Assembly (NCBI GenBank): GCA_902583265.1
Contig: CACHVD010000004.1
Span: 4,417-68,416, forward strand
Direction of reading: 5' to 3'
Origin: an uncultured Prochlorococcus sp.
Lineage (GTDB): Bacteria; Cyanobacteriota; Cyanobacteriia; PCC-6307; Cyanobiaceae
DNA: 64,000 nt
Below are positions 29,572 to 39,275 of the stretch, one piece after another; position 1 is the stretch's first letter; each line of letters opens with the position of its first letter. The position numbers and the translations under genes are program-made. Below the pieces are notes generated by a model, which did not search any database, was not told where the DNA came from, and saw only the letters and a program-made list of their open reading frames with translations.

Positions 29572-30237
29572 ATGAATTATTTAATCCATCAGTTATTAAA
29601 CACTGAAGAAATAAATTTAATAAAAAGAGAATTAGAGAAATGTACCCAAGATTGGGAAGATGGGAAAAAAACTGCCGGTAGTCACGCTTCAATAGTAAAA
29701 AATAACTTGCAACTAAATAGAAATTCTGAGACATCAAGAAAAAACTCTCAACTAATAAATAAAAAAATCCTCTCTAACCAACTAATAAAAAGTTTCTCAT
29801 TGCCTAAAATAATCCATGGAATAATGTTTACAAAATCATCAGAAAATATGCATTATGGCAGACATATTGATAATCCATACATGTCTTCAGGTAGATCAGA
29901 TTTATCTTTTACTCTCTCATTAACGAATAAAGATTTTTACAAAGGTGGAGATTTAATTATTGAAACAATGAATTCAGAAGAGAAATTTAAATTAAATGCT
30001 GGAGAGATTATTATTTATCCAAGTTCTTACTTACATTCAGTGAATGAAGTAATTTATGGTGAAAGATTAGTTTGTGTAGGCTGGATAGAAAGTTATGTTA
30101 AGTCAACTGAGGAAAGAGAATATTTATTTGATCTTGATGCAGGAGCAAGAGGAATCTTAGCAAAATATGGGAGATCAGATGAGGTTGATTTAATTTTCAA
30201 GTCTTATTCTAATTTGTTAAGAATATTAGGTAATTAA
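29572..30237 (+). CDS. piuC: PKHD-type Fe(II)/2-oxoglutarate hydroxylase (PiuC/YbiX-like)
   Basis: WEDGKKTAG, YGRHIDN, RSDLSFTL, YPSSYLHSV, RLVCVGWIES. Confidence 0.9.
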   Translation: MNYLIHQLLNTEEINLIKRELEKCTQDWEDGKKTAGSHASIVKNNLQLNRNSETSRKNSQLINKKILSNQLIKSFSLPKIIHGIMFTKSSENMHYGRHIDNPYMSSGRSDLSFTLSLTNKDFYKGGDLIIETMNSEEKFKLNAGEIIIYPSSYLHSVNEVIYGERLVCVGWIESYVKSTEEREYLFDLDAGARGILAKYGRSDEVDLIFKSYSNLLRILGN

Positions 30238-30311
30238 TAGATCATTTTATACATCAAATAGAAAAAGTTATTGGAGATATTTAGAATAATTAGTATACAT
30301 AAAAGAAAAAA

Positions 30312-30539
30312 ATGCCAAGAAAAAGTTCGATTGCAATATTCATAGCAGCAACTAGTGCGCTAGCAATTTCATCACCTGTAAATGCAGGAGAACAAGATTT
30401 AGGGGGCCTGAAGGAATGGAATACTGATATGTCAATTGATGCAGATTTTATTCTTGATAAAGATGCTCAAAAAATTGCTGACGAGGCAGCAAAATCAAGT
30501 ACATGCATTCCTGTTGGGGAAGGGGAGAACTGCTGGTGA
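30312..30539 (+). CDS. Small secreted protein with C-terminal CIPVGEGENCW
   Basis: Signal peptide ending VNA; acidic mature part; terminal Cys pair. Confidence 0.75.
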   Translation: MPRKSSIAIFIAATSALAISSPVNAGEQDLGGLKEWNTDMSIDADFILDKDAQKIADEAAKSSTCIPVGEGENCW

Positions 30540-30741
30540 TTATGAATAAGAAATTTTAAATATCGCTTTAGCAATTAAAGGTGTAAAAAATAAAAATTTT
30601 TATAGATTATTTAAAAATTGAGTATTTTTTTAAAATTTACTTATTTAAATTTTTTTCATTTTTTGTAAAAGAAATTATATTTTTTTTTAATTAACAATTA
30701 ATAAAAATCTAAATAAGAACTCTTTTTAGTACTTTAAATTG

Positions 30742-30772
30742 AAAAAAAAACGCCTCTTATTGAGGCGTTTTT
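30742..30772. terminator. Intrinsic terminator downstream of the porin
   Basis: A-tract ACGCCTC-ttatt-GAGGCGT T-tract. Confidence 0.9.
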
Positions 30773-30787
30773 AATATTCAAAAAAGA

Positions 30788-32032
30788 TTAGAATTTGAAT
30801 GTTGTTTGTAGGAGATAACCACTCATATCAGCTTCAACACCACTTGAATTTTTAGATGTTCCACCAAAAATTGTGGGTGTAATGGAAACTGAATCATTTA
30901 CTTTATATTTGTAGTAAATTTCGTATAAAAATGGATCAATAGTTTCTCCTTCAACTTTTTGAGGCTGACCAAAAGCTATACCTATTTTGTCATCAGGATT
31001 AATTGTATCTGTCCAATTTAGTCCTACAAAATAAGCAGTTGTATTAGAATTTGTTGCAGCATCTGTTTCTGAAGTGTCGAAGCCAAGAGAAATTGAAGGC
31101 ATTGCAGTTCCAGAATCTTCTGGTCTCCACCAACCTCTTAATCCTACGTTGGTACTATTACCATCACCTGATCTTGCTTTACCGTCAGTTGACATAAAGT
31201 AAGAATCAGTCCAACCATTATATTTCATATTAACTAAAGCCGAAACAGAATAGTTAGGCTTTGTATAACCAACTTGAGTTGCCCAACTTTGTTTAGCTTC
31301 ATCAGTTAAAATTGGGTTTTTAGATGTGATGTTAGAACTAATTGCAAAACCATTATCTGCGGTATATGCCCAACCAGCTCCTGGACTTGTGCTTGCACCA
31401 TAACCTGCTGCATTACCACCAAGGGTAAATGCCTTCAGTACTGGTTCATATATTGAAGGAGTTGTTGCATGCATATAGTAGTTTTCAATCTTTGGACCGA
31501 AAGTTACTGTATGATTGCTATCCCCAACTGGAGTTGTATACCAAAGTTTATCAACCTTGAGGACATCACCATTTCCGTTACCAGAACTTAGATAAGTGTT
31601 GTAAACAGATTTTGTTTTAGACCAAGAGGAATGATTCCCAGTCTTGATTCTTGTATAGAGATTATCATCACCAGTGAAGCTAGTATTTAAGTTCAACGTA
31701 TAAGTGTACATGAACTGTGTTTCACCAGTGTAAGTGTCGTCATCAGTATCAACACTACCTATGTCAAAGATTGCTTTTCCATCTAAAACTGTTGTATCAG
31801 AGAAGCCACCAGCTTCAAATTCATTTAATCTGGATTCAATACCATCAACTCTCTCATTTGCATTTGCAACTTCATTGGAGAAAGTTTTACTATCGAACTG
31901 TTTGTTTGAAGATTTGCTGCTACGTGAATAGCTATTCATTTCTTCAATATTAACGTCAGATGCTTGTGCAACTAATGGAGTGATTAAACTCAAAGAAGCA
32001 CCTGCAACCAACATTTGTTGGAAGAGTTTCAT
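30788..32032 (-). CDS. som: Cyanobacterial outer-membrane porin (Som/OprB-like)
   Basis: MKLFQQML signal, FEAGGFSDTTVLDGKAIF, LNLNTSFTGDDNLYTRI, C-terminal TTFKF. Confidence 0.92.
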   Translation of the reverse strand: MKLFQQMLVAGASLSLITPLVAQASDVNIEEMNSYSRSSKSSNKQFDSKTFSNEVANANERVDGIESRLNEFEAGGFSDTTVLDGKAIFDIGSVDTDDDTYTGETQFMYTYTLNLNTSFTGDDNLYTRIKTGNHSSWSKTKSVYNTYLSSGNGNGDVLKVDKLWYTTPVGDSNHTVTFGPKIENYYMHATTPSIYEPVLKAFTLGGNAAGYGASTSPGAGWAYTADNGFAISSNITSKNPILTDEAKQSWATQVGYTKPNYSVSALVNMKYNGWTDSYFMSTDGKARSGDGNSTNVGLRGWWRPEDSGTAMPSISLGFDTSETDAATNSNTTAYFVGLNWTDTINPDDKIGIAFGQPQKVEGETIDPFLYEIYYKYKVNDSVSITPTIFGGTSKNSSGVEADMSGYLLQTTFKF

Positions 32033-32036
32033 TTTA

Positions 32037-32079
32037 CCTCACACTTAAAATGCCCACAAAAGTGGGTATATAAATTGTA
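32037..32079 (-). promoter_or_regulatory. Porin leader: -10 TACAAT, 5' hairpin and GTGTGAGG Yfr1-complementary site over the RBS
   Basis: + strand ATTGTA at 32074-32079, hairpin at 32052-32067, CCTCACAC at 32037-32044. Confidence 0.7.
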
Positions 32080-32169
32080 TCGAAGGTAACTTTTTAAAGT
32101 AGACATATTAGATTCATCTTAATGTAACAAATCTTACCTTATCTACTCAAAAACTCATTCAAAAGTTTT

Positions 32170-33042
32170 TTATTTTTTTAGTAAGGGAAAATTCAAGGAA
32201 TTTCTCTCTTCCATCCAAGAAGATGCGACTTCTCTAGCTAATTTTCTAATTTTTTCTATATATTGAGCACGATCAGTTACTGATATTACGCCTCTCGCAT
32301 CAAGTAAATTAAAAGTATGACTGCATTTCAAAACATAATCAAGCGCAGGAAATGTTAGCTTTTTTTCAATTAATAAATTCGCTTCATCTTGATAGATTTC
32401 AAATAATTTCCTAAGATTTTCGGGATTTGATTCAGAAAAATTATATGAGCATTGCCCTTTCTCAAATTGGAGCCAAACATCGCTATATTTCATATTTTGA
32501 TTCCAGTTTAAATCCCAAATACTTTCCTTATCTTGCAAAAACATTGCAATTCTCTCTAAACCATATGTAATTTCAATTGGTATTGGTTGACAATCTACTC
32601 CGCCGCATTGTTGAAAATATGTAAATTGAGTAACTTCCATACCGTCCAACCAAACTTCCCAACCTACTCCCCAAGCACCAAGAGTTGGCGACTCCCAATT
32701 ATCTTCAACAAATCTAATATCATGATCTCTCGGATTTATTCCAAGAGATTCTAGAGATTTCAAATATTTTTCTTGTATCCCATCAGGAGAAGGCTTAATT
32801 ATTACCTGATATTGAAAGTAATGTTGGGCACGATTCGGATTTTCCCCAAATCTTCCATCTGTAGGTCTTCTACATGGCTCAGCATATGCAACGGACCAAG
32901 GTTCAGGTCCTATAGCCCGCAAGAAAGTATGAGGATTCATTGTGCCAGCACCCTTTTCCGTATCGTAAGGCTGCATAATCAAACAACCTTCATCAGACCA
33001 GAAATTATTGAGATTTTGGATTATATCCTGAAAAAACATCAA
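32170..33042 (-). CDS. glyQ: Glycyl-tRNA synthetase alpha subunit
   Basis: [34 protein letters not shown]. Confidence 0.98.
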   Translation of the reverse strand: MMFFQDIIQNLNNFWSDEGCLIMQPYDTEKGAGTMNPHTFLRAIGPEPWSVAYAEPCRRPTDGRFGENPNRAQHYFQYQVIIKPSPDGIQEKYLKSLESLGINPRDHDIRFVEDNWESPTLGAWGVGWEVWLDGMEVTQFTYFQQCGGVDCQPIPIEITYGLERIAMFLQDKESIWDLNWNQNMKYSDVWLQFEKGQCSYNFSESNPENLRKLFEIYQDEANLLIEKKLTFPALDYVLKCSHTFNLLDARGVISVTDRAQYIEKIRKLAREVASSWMEERNSLNFPLLKK

Positions 33043-33192
33043 ATTTTAAAAAAGTGGAGAATTTAGATCAATGCCATTAAATATAATAACAAAGCTTAAA
33101 AGCAAAAAAGTTTTCAAATCTGAGTTCTGTATATTACTATCTCGTAAAAACTTTCATAAAATTAAACTCTTGATTAAGACATAAATGAGGAA

Positions 33193-33582
33193 TTAATCAT
33201 GAAAAAAATCTAATGGCAATGGTCCAAAAGTATTTGACTCTGAAACATTTTCGTCATACTGACATGTTATTAAAATTCCTTCTCCAAGACCATTTTCAGA
33301 TCTAATAAAAACATTACCAGTTTTTTGATTAGCTTTTAAAAAAACACTCCCATTAGCAGAAAGAGAATCTAAATTACCAAACTTGATTAAAGGATATTTT
33401 TTAGAAATTGATTGCAATGCTTTAACAGCCTTAATATCACTAGGTGCCATTATTCCTATTGTCATCCAATCTGACTTAGAAATATTTACTTCTAATTCTC
33501 CAAAAAGTTTTTTTACTTGACTATTGTTTAATTTAGGAGCAACTCTAAAACTGTTTAAATCAACTAACTTATTTATTTCCAT
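33193..33582 (-). CDS. DUF1824-like conserved protein (likely start ATG 33582)
   Basis: WMTIGIMAPS, VFLKANQKTG, GPLPLDFF. Confidence 0.75.
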   Translation of the reverse strand: MEINKLVDLNSFRVAPKLNNSQVKKLFGELEVNISKSDWMTIGIMAPSDIKAVKALQSISKKYPLIKFGNLDSLSANGSVFLKANQKTGNVFIRSENGLGEGILITCQYDENVSESNTFGPLPLDFFHD

Positions 33583-33602
33583 TAAATTTATATTTAAAAT
33601 AG

Positions 33603-33938
33603 TTATTGTCCAAAGGTTCTTCCATTCCAAGCCCACATTGATGCAGGCACATCCTCAAATGAAATATAAATTTTATCTATTGTAATTCCCATTTTCTCAT
33701 ATACAAAATTAGATATTTGCTTTGCCATTTCAGAAGGATTTAAAGAGCCTATTGACTTAATCTCTAAAAAACAACAAGGGCTTTCATCTTCAAAGAACAT
33801 TTCGGAATTATCTTCTAATTTAGCCATAACAAATCTTTTGGATTTATTAGTTAGTGATGAAACTAGTATTGAAATTTCCTCAAGTAATTTCTTCTTATCA
33901 TCTACCTTAACTGAAGTCGACACATTAATATAAGGCAT
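33603..33938 (-). CDS. MIF / tautomerase-superfamily protein
   Basis: N-terminal catalytic Pro (MPYINVST), KSIGSL, IYISFEDV..WAWNG. Confidence 0.9.
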   Translation of the reverse strand: MPYINVSTSVKVDDKKKLLEEISILVSSLTNKSKRFVMAKLEDNSEMFFEDESPCCFLEIKSIGSLNPSEMAKQISNFVYEKMGITIDKIYISFEDVPASMWAWNGRTFGQ

Positions 33939-33940
33939 AT

Positions 33941-34111
33941 TTATGCAGCTAAATAGTCTTTTTGGGGATCACTTTCTAAATAAACAGCTTTAGATTTTTG
34001 AACTTTTCTTGATGACAAATAAGTCATGTCATATGAGCTTATTCCGTTTTTATAGGGATTGAAAAGGGCACTTTGAGATCTACTTTTTTTACTCCTTTTG
34101 AATTCAATCAT
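33941..34111 (-). CDS. 56-aa basic protein ending YLAA (not in track)
   Basis: Hand translation MIEFKRSKKSRSQSALFNPYKNGISSYDMTYLSSRKVQKSKAVYLESDPQKDYLAA; stop is 2 nt before the MIF ATG. Confidence 0.6.
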   Translation of the reverse strand: MIEFKRSKKSRSQSALFNPYKNGISSYDMTYLSSRKVQKSKAVYLESDPQKDYLAA

Positions 34112-34269
34112 TTTTAATTAAATTATTAATCAATAATTTAACTTTTTTTGAATAGTTGTCTAGGTATTTAAAAAAAATTTTAATTAATTAGATAAAAAAT
34201 GCATATCTAAATCACACTATAAATCTATATTTACTAAGTTTAATAAACAAACATCTAATAATAATTGTT

Positions 34270-34908
34270 TTGGAAGTCTTAAATAATTATCAAAGAAAAA
34301 AACTTGATGAAACTAATGATGAAGAATTTTATTCTGACCCAAAATTTGTTTATCATCTAGATGCAAATTTCAGACAAAATTTATCGAATGTTTATAAAAA
34401 TGAAATTGCAGATTATTCAACTGTTCTTGATTTAATGTCAAGTTGGGACAGTTATTTACCTTTAGAAAAAAAATACAAAAAAGTTATTGGGCATGGATTA
34501 AACAAACAAGAACTTGAAAAAAACAAAATTTTTGATACTTTTTGGATACAAAATTTTAATTTAAATCAAGAAATTCCTCTTGATAGTGGGAGTGTTGATT
34601 ATTGTTTAATGGTAGCTGCTTGGCAATATTTACAATATCCAGAGAATTTAACTAATGAAATCGCACGAATTTTGAATGGTCAAGGCAAATTTATAATTGC
34701 TTTTTCAAATAGAGCATTTTGGCATAAGGCTCCAAATATATGGACCACTTCTAATGAGGAAGAGAGAATCAAGTATGTAAGAAAAGTTTTAATCACAAAC
34801 GGATTTAATGAACCAAATATTATTAAAAAGTTTAATCAACCCGTCCTTAATTTTTTTAATTTTTTAAATAAAGATCCCTTTTATTGTTTGATTGCAACAA
34901 AAGAGTAA
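34270..34908 (+). CDS. SAM-dependent methyltransferase-like protein
   Basis: FYSDPKFVYHLD, VLDLMSSWDS, GHGLN, FSNRAF. Confidence 0.85.
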   Translation: MEVLNNYQRKKLDETNDEEFYSDPKFVYHLDANFRQNLSNVYKNEIADYSTVLDLMSSWDSYLPLEKKYKKVIGHGLNKQELEKNKIFDTFWIQNFNLNQEIPLDSGSVDYCLMVAAWQYLQYPENLTNEIARILNGQGKFIIAFSNRAFWHKAPNIWTTSNEEERIKYVRKVLITNGFNEPNIIKKFNQPVLNFFNFLNKDPFYCLIATKE

Positions 34909-35016
34909 ATGAATCCCATATAAAATTTGGAGGATGGATAATTAAAGGGAATAATTTATAGTCCATAGCCATACTTCCAAATTTTTACTACTATTGGATA
35001 GTTAAAATTAATAATT

Positions 35017-35262
35017 ATGGGTTCTAAAAGAGAAAAATATCCTGAAAAATGTCCTTGGGACCTTGGCCCTAATCAACATTTAGCGAAAGAAGACAATTGG
35101 ACTTTAAGATTAGGAGAAGCAAACGTATGCTTTAGTAAAAACAAATTAGATAATAATTATTTTCATGTAATAAGTAATGAAAATGAAGAACAAATTTTAG
35201 CCTTTAGAGCGAGACTTCTTTATCAAAAACTACTTGATAAAGGGTTTAGATTGGTTGAATAA
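35017..35262 (+). CDS. Small hypothetical protein
   Basis: 81-aa ATG ORF. Confidence 0.55.
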   Translation: MGSKREKYPEKCPWDLGPNQHLAKEDNWTLRLGEANVCFSKNKLDNNYFHVISNENEEQILAFRARLLYQKLLDKGFRLVE

Positions 35263-35268
35263 AGTAAT

Positions 35269-35922
35269 CTAATTCAATAAAAGAAGTTCTTCGAAAACAA
35301 ATTTCTGAACTTCTTCTTCCTTATTTTCGTTTAAGTATTTTATTATTCTTGAATTCAAAATCCAATCATCATTTGAACTTATATTTATAAATTCATCTAT
35401 ATATTCTAATTTTTGAGAATTCGGTTTAAGAGTAATCGAGTCAATTTGTTGACTCGTATATTTTTTACTTAGTAAACCATTCCCTGTGTTTAAAAACTCC
35501 TCAACAAAAATTTCTATTATGGTTCCGTGGATTTTTCTATAAACCATATTAATTCCAAAATCTTTGACCCTATATTTATCTCCATCATTTTTGCCTGAAA
35601 CTTTCATTTCTATTCCACTTTCGGAACTCTTTATTAGATTAAAATTATTCTCTGAATGTACAGTTTGAAAATCTCTTCTTACTCTATGAATTGATACTTC
35701 AAACAATTGAGAAGCAATGCTTTTAACAATATTCTCATCATCTATTTTTTGAATATTTGGTTTAAAGTCTCTGCCTAATAAAAATCTACCCTCATGAATA
35801 TTATTTTTATTAATAAAAGTGCATTTACCTTGGTAACCATTAAAATCTTTTCCCCAGGTGTACCTATTTTCATAAGCCTTTCTAAAAATTTCCTTACAAT
35901 TGATTTCTTTTGGCTTCTCCAT
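35269..35922 (-). CDS. DUF3386-like conserved protein
   Basis: FRKAYENRYTW..F.GY, QLFEVSIHRVRRDF..H. Confidence 0.8.
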   Translation of the reverse strand: MEKPKEINCKEIFRKAYENRYTWGKDFNGYQGKCTFINKNNIHEGRFLLGRDFKPNIQKIDDENIVKSIASQLFEVSIHRVRRDFQTVHSENNFNLIKSSESGIEMKVSGKNDGDKYRVKDFGINMVYRKIHGTIIEIFVEEFLNTGNGLLSKKYTSQQIDSITLKPNSQKLEYIDEFINISSNDDWILNSRIIKYLNENKEEEVQKFVFEELLLLN

Positions 35923-35953
35923 AAATTTTATAAAATCAGTATTGTAATTCTAC

Positions 35954-35988
35954 AAAAAAAACCTCTCTAAATTAAAGAGAGGTTTTTT
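35954..35988. terminator. Intrinsic terminator downstream of pcb
   Basis: A-tract ACCTCTCT-aaattaa-AGAGAGGT T-tract. Confidence 0.88.
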
Positions 35989-35999
35989 ATAAAATTAAA

Positions 36000-37058
36000 C
36001 TAATTTTGAGTAATTTTTGTATTTTCTAGGTTGTCAAATGCTTGACCTATTTTCTTAAAGTCAAATCCCATGGCCCTTAATGCGTGCCAAAGATGACCTT
36101 GTAAGAAAAAGAAACCTAAATAGAAATGAGTATTGGCAAGCCAAGCTCTTGAACTGTAAGCTCCTGAACCTAAATCAACCGTATCAGTAAAATAAGGTGC
36201 AAATTCAAATTGAAGCTTTAAAGGCTCACCATATAAATCAACTGGATATATAGTTGTGTTTGAAGCACACCAAAAGGCTGCGACAAAAGCCATATAAGAA
36301 ACACCAACTACTGAGTAAGACAATATTGCCTCAGCTCCTAGCAATCCTTTTCCTTTAAATTCTGTATATTCTCCAAATTGTTTAGTACAAATATGGAAAA
36401 CACCTCCAATTATCTCAAGGAAAGCTAGAAAAGCATGTCCTCCCATGACATCCTCTATACTATCAATTTTTAAAAAATCAAATTGATGATTCCAAATAGC
36501 TGCAATATCTAAATTGTAAACAACTTGTCTTGTAGATCCGATTGCAGGATCATAAATTCCATGAATGCGGGCCCACTCAACGAACATTATTGCTCCAAGA
36601 CCAAGAAAAATTAGATGATGACCAAGTATAAAAGTTAATTTATCTGGATCATCCCACTCAAAATCGAATTTTTGAGGCTTACTATTTTCGGGATAGTCTC
36701 CAAGATCACCTGCAAATTTATTGGAATGCAGTAATCCTCCAGCACCTAATACCGCTGAAAAAATTAGATGTAATGTGCAAATTACTTCAATTCCATATGG
36801 TTCTGTAATCACACCATTTTCAACGCCTCCAATTCCAATCCCCACTAGGTGAGGCAGAACAATTGCTTTCTGTGCACCCATTGGAATACTGGCGTCGTAA
36901 CGAGCTAATTCGAATAATCCAAAAGCTCCTGCCCAGAACATCATTAATCCTGCATGGGCTGCATGAGCTGCTATGAATTTACCTGAACGGCCAACAACAC
37001 CAGAATTTCCTGCGTACCAGTCATAGGTGACATCAGATTTTCCGTAAGTTTGTAACAC
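36000..37058 (-). CDS. pcb: Chlorophyll a/b-binding antenna protein, IsiA/Pcb family (linked to isiB)
   Basis: QTYG..YDWYAGN, AAHAAHAGLMMFWAG, HFYLGFFFLQGHLWHALRA; lacks the large CP43 loop. Confidence 0.95.
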   Translation of the reverse strand: MLQTYGKSDVTYDWYAGNSGVVGRSGKFIAAHAAHAGLMMFWAGAFGLFELARYDASIPMGAQKAIVLPHLVGIGIGGVENGVITEPYGIEVICTLHLIFSAVLGAGGLLHSNKFAGDLGDYPENSKPQKFDFEWDDPDKLTFILGHHLIFLGLGAIMFVEWARIHGIYDPAIGSTRQVVYNLDIAAIWNHQFDFLKIDSIEDVMGGHAFLAFLEIIGGVFHICTKQFGEYTEFKGKGLLGAEAILSYSVVGVSYMAFVAAFWCASNTTIYPVDLYGEPLKLQFEFAPYFTDTVDLGSGAYSSRAWLANTHFYLGFFFLQGHLWHALRAMGFDFKKIGQAFDNLENTKITQN

Positions 37059-37202
37059 TTGATTTAAGTAAACAGCAAGTTGAGCATATTGCCAATCAGT
37101 ATGTTTTTTTACATGTTGTTTACAGATTTAATTACTTATGTAAAAAAAACATATTGAGAAAGAACAAATGTTACAAATTTGGAAATTAATATCTTTGAAA
37201 GC

Positions 37203-37727
37203 TTAAGCCAGAGTGGGGATTTCACCTTTTAGCTGAGAAGCCCATGTTTCAAGGCGTGAATCTGTCAAATCAGATTCACTATCCTCATCTAGAGGTAATC
37301 CACAAAAAGTTTCTCCAATGACACTTTTAGACTCATCAAATGTATATGAAGATTTATCTACGTAACCGACCATTTCTGCTCCTGCTTTAATGAAATAACT
37401 ATGTAGCTCTTCCATTGCATCACAATAATTTTCTGTATAAGTAGAAGAATCGCCTAACCCAAAAATTGCAACCTTCTTTCCTGATAAATTTAGTTCACCA
37501 ATATCCTCTAAGATTGAATCCCATGCAGTTCCTGATCTTTCTTCATCTGCTCCAGTATTCCAAGTAGGTATTCCGCAGATAATTCCATCAAGGCCTTCAA
37601 ATTCTGACAGATCATCTACATCAGATACATCTTTAGGTGCTTCTGCTGAAGAAATAAAGTTGTGAAGACGATCAGCTACGTCTTCAGTTTTTCCAGTTGT
37701 AGTTGCGTAATAAATTCCTACAGTCAT
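37203..37727 (-). CDS. isiB: Flavodoxin
   Basis: YATTTGKTE, PTWNTG, FGLGDSSTY, GLPLDED. Confidence 0.96.
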   Translation of the reverse strand: MTVGIYYATTTGKTEDVADRLHNFISSAEAPKDVSDVDDLSEFEGLDGIICGIPTWNTGADEERSGTAWDSILEDIGELNLSGKKVAIFGLGDSSTYTENYCDAMEELHSYFIKAGAEMVGYVDKSSYTFDESKSVIGETFCGLPLDEDSESDLTDSRLETWASQLKGEIPTLA

Positions 37728-37870
37728 AACTTCAAAATGTTTACCTTAAAATAGTAAAATTTAAAAACGTTAAATTAATTTCTTTAAAAACTTTTTCATG
37801 TAAAATTTTATACTAAATAAAGTAAGAAAAATTTTTTTAGGACAATTTGCTAAAAAACTTTTAAATCATT

Positions 37871-38605
37871 GTGACTGATAAATTAAAAAAAGATATCCAG
37901 AATCTTGTTGAGGAATTTAATTTTGAAGGGGAGAAAAAATTTAAATTAATTATTTTATTTGGTTTATTAGGAGATTTTGATAGCTTTGAATATGCAATTA
38001 ATTTGAAAAACTTTATAGATAATAATCAAGCTGAAAATTTAGATATTTTTGCCCTTGGTATCGGGAACCAAAATGGAAAAGAAAAATTCTGTAACTTCAC
38101 TGGATTTTGTAAAGAAAATCTAATAGTTGTTTCTGATAACCAAATTCATAATAATTTAGAAATCTCAAGAGGATTAGATATAGGTTTAGGAGGTTGGATA
38201 AATATGTTGTTGATGTTATCTGGAATAAATTCCTTTAAAACTATAAAAGAAGTTTTTAGAGGTTACACGGGAGACCGTAAAGCAAAGCAAATCTATTCAG
38301 AAATTGACAAAATTGACATTCTTAAATTTATTAAATTTTCAGGAAATAATTTCAGGGTGTTTTTCGGGGATGGTTATTTGAGACCATTTGAATTGGCAAC
38401 ATTTAGATTGAAAAATATGTATGAAATAATCCAAAATTGGGAAGATTACATTCTTGATGAAAAATACCTTCCCCAAAGAGGGGCTTCTTTTTTATTGAAT
38501 GATAAAAATCAAATTATTTATAAATTTTTTTCAAGTGATGTGCTTGGATATTCATCAAATATGAGAGATCCTCTAGAATTTCTATCTAATTTAAATAAAG
38601 AATAG
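37871..38605 (+). CDS. AhpC/TSA-like (peroxiredoxin-like) domain protein
   Basis: LGDFDSFEYA, GIG, LRPFELATFRL, QRGASF. Confidence 0.7.
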   Translation: MTDKLKKDIQNLVEEFNFEGEKKFKLIILFGLLGDFDSFEYAINLKNFIDNNQAENLDIFALGIGNQNGKEKFCNFTGFCKENLIVVSDNQIHNNLEISRGLDIGLGGWINMLLMLSGINSFKTIKEVFRGYTGDRKAKQIYSEIDKIDILKFIKFSGNNFRVFFGDGYLRPFELATFRLKNMYEIIQNWEDYILDEKYLPQRGASFLLNDKNQIIYKFFSSDVLGYSSNMRDPLEFLSNLNKE

Positions 38606-38618
38606 TTTTAGAAAGTTT

Positions 38619-38876
38619 ATGAATGTAGAAATATTTGGATATATTGCAGCGATCCTTACAACCTCAGCATTTCTTCCTCAATTGATCAAAACTTTAAAAA
38701 CAAAAAAGGCAGATGATGTATCTTTAATAACTTTAATTATGTTTATTATCGGAGTTTTGTGTTGGATTATTTACGGTTATAAAATCTCGTCAATCCCGAT
38801 ATTATCAGCTAATTTAATAACCTTAATTTTAAATCTTTTGATATTAATTTCAAAAATATATTTTTCAAAAAGCTAA
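38619..38876 (+). CDS. SemiSWEET / PQ-loop transporter
   Basis: 85 aa, 3 TM, FLPQLIKT, DVS, WIIYG, AN. Confidence 0.85.
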   Translation: MNVEIFGYIAAILTTSAFLPQLIKTLKTKKADDVSLITLIMFIIGVLCWIIYGYKISSIPILSANLITLILNLLILISKIYFSKS

Positions 38877-38971
38877 AGTCAACAATAAGCATATTAATAG
38901 TGTTAATTTACGAATACATTATTTAAATCTTTATTATTACTTGATTATTATAAATTTAAATTATTCTTATC

Positions 38972-39196
38972 TTGAAAACTTCAAAATGCTGGGTTTGGTT
39001 CAAAGGTAGCCTTAACAATAGTGGTTATTGGAAAGAAGGTTTTACTTGTACTTTTGACGAGAAACCAGGGGTTTTTATAGAAAGTCCTGCTTACGTATCT
39101 TGTAGAGTTCCAAACTGGAGAGTCCTAACTAAAGAACCTGAAGATTTATATAAATCTCCACTAATTCCTGATAAAGCAATTTGGAAAATAATTTAA
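38972..39196 (+). CDS. Small conserved hypothetical protein
   Basis: 74-aa Trp-rich ORF (CWVWFKG, CRVPNWRV). Confidence 0.65.
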   Translation: MKTSKCWVWFKGSLNNSGYWKEGFTCTFDEKPGVFIESPAYVSCRVPNWRVLTKEPEDLYKSPLIPDKAIWKII

Positions 39197-39275
39197 ATTA
39201 ACGATCCAAAATTAAAAACTTTTTTACTGCGCCCCAACAAGTTAGTATTGCTTTATTAAATATTTAACTAATAAC

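Noticed and set aside
30540-30740. Extremely AT-rich 200-bp spacer
   Set aside because: No ORF, repeat or stable structure seen; a typical spacer between convergent genes
33603-33938. MIF homologue as a eukaryote-derived gene
   Set aside because: MIF-like tautomerases are already known in marine cyanobacteria, and this one sits in core context
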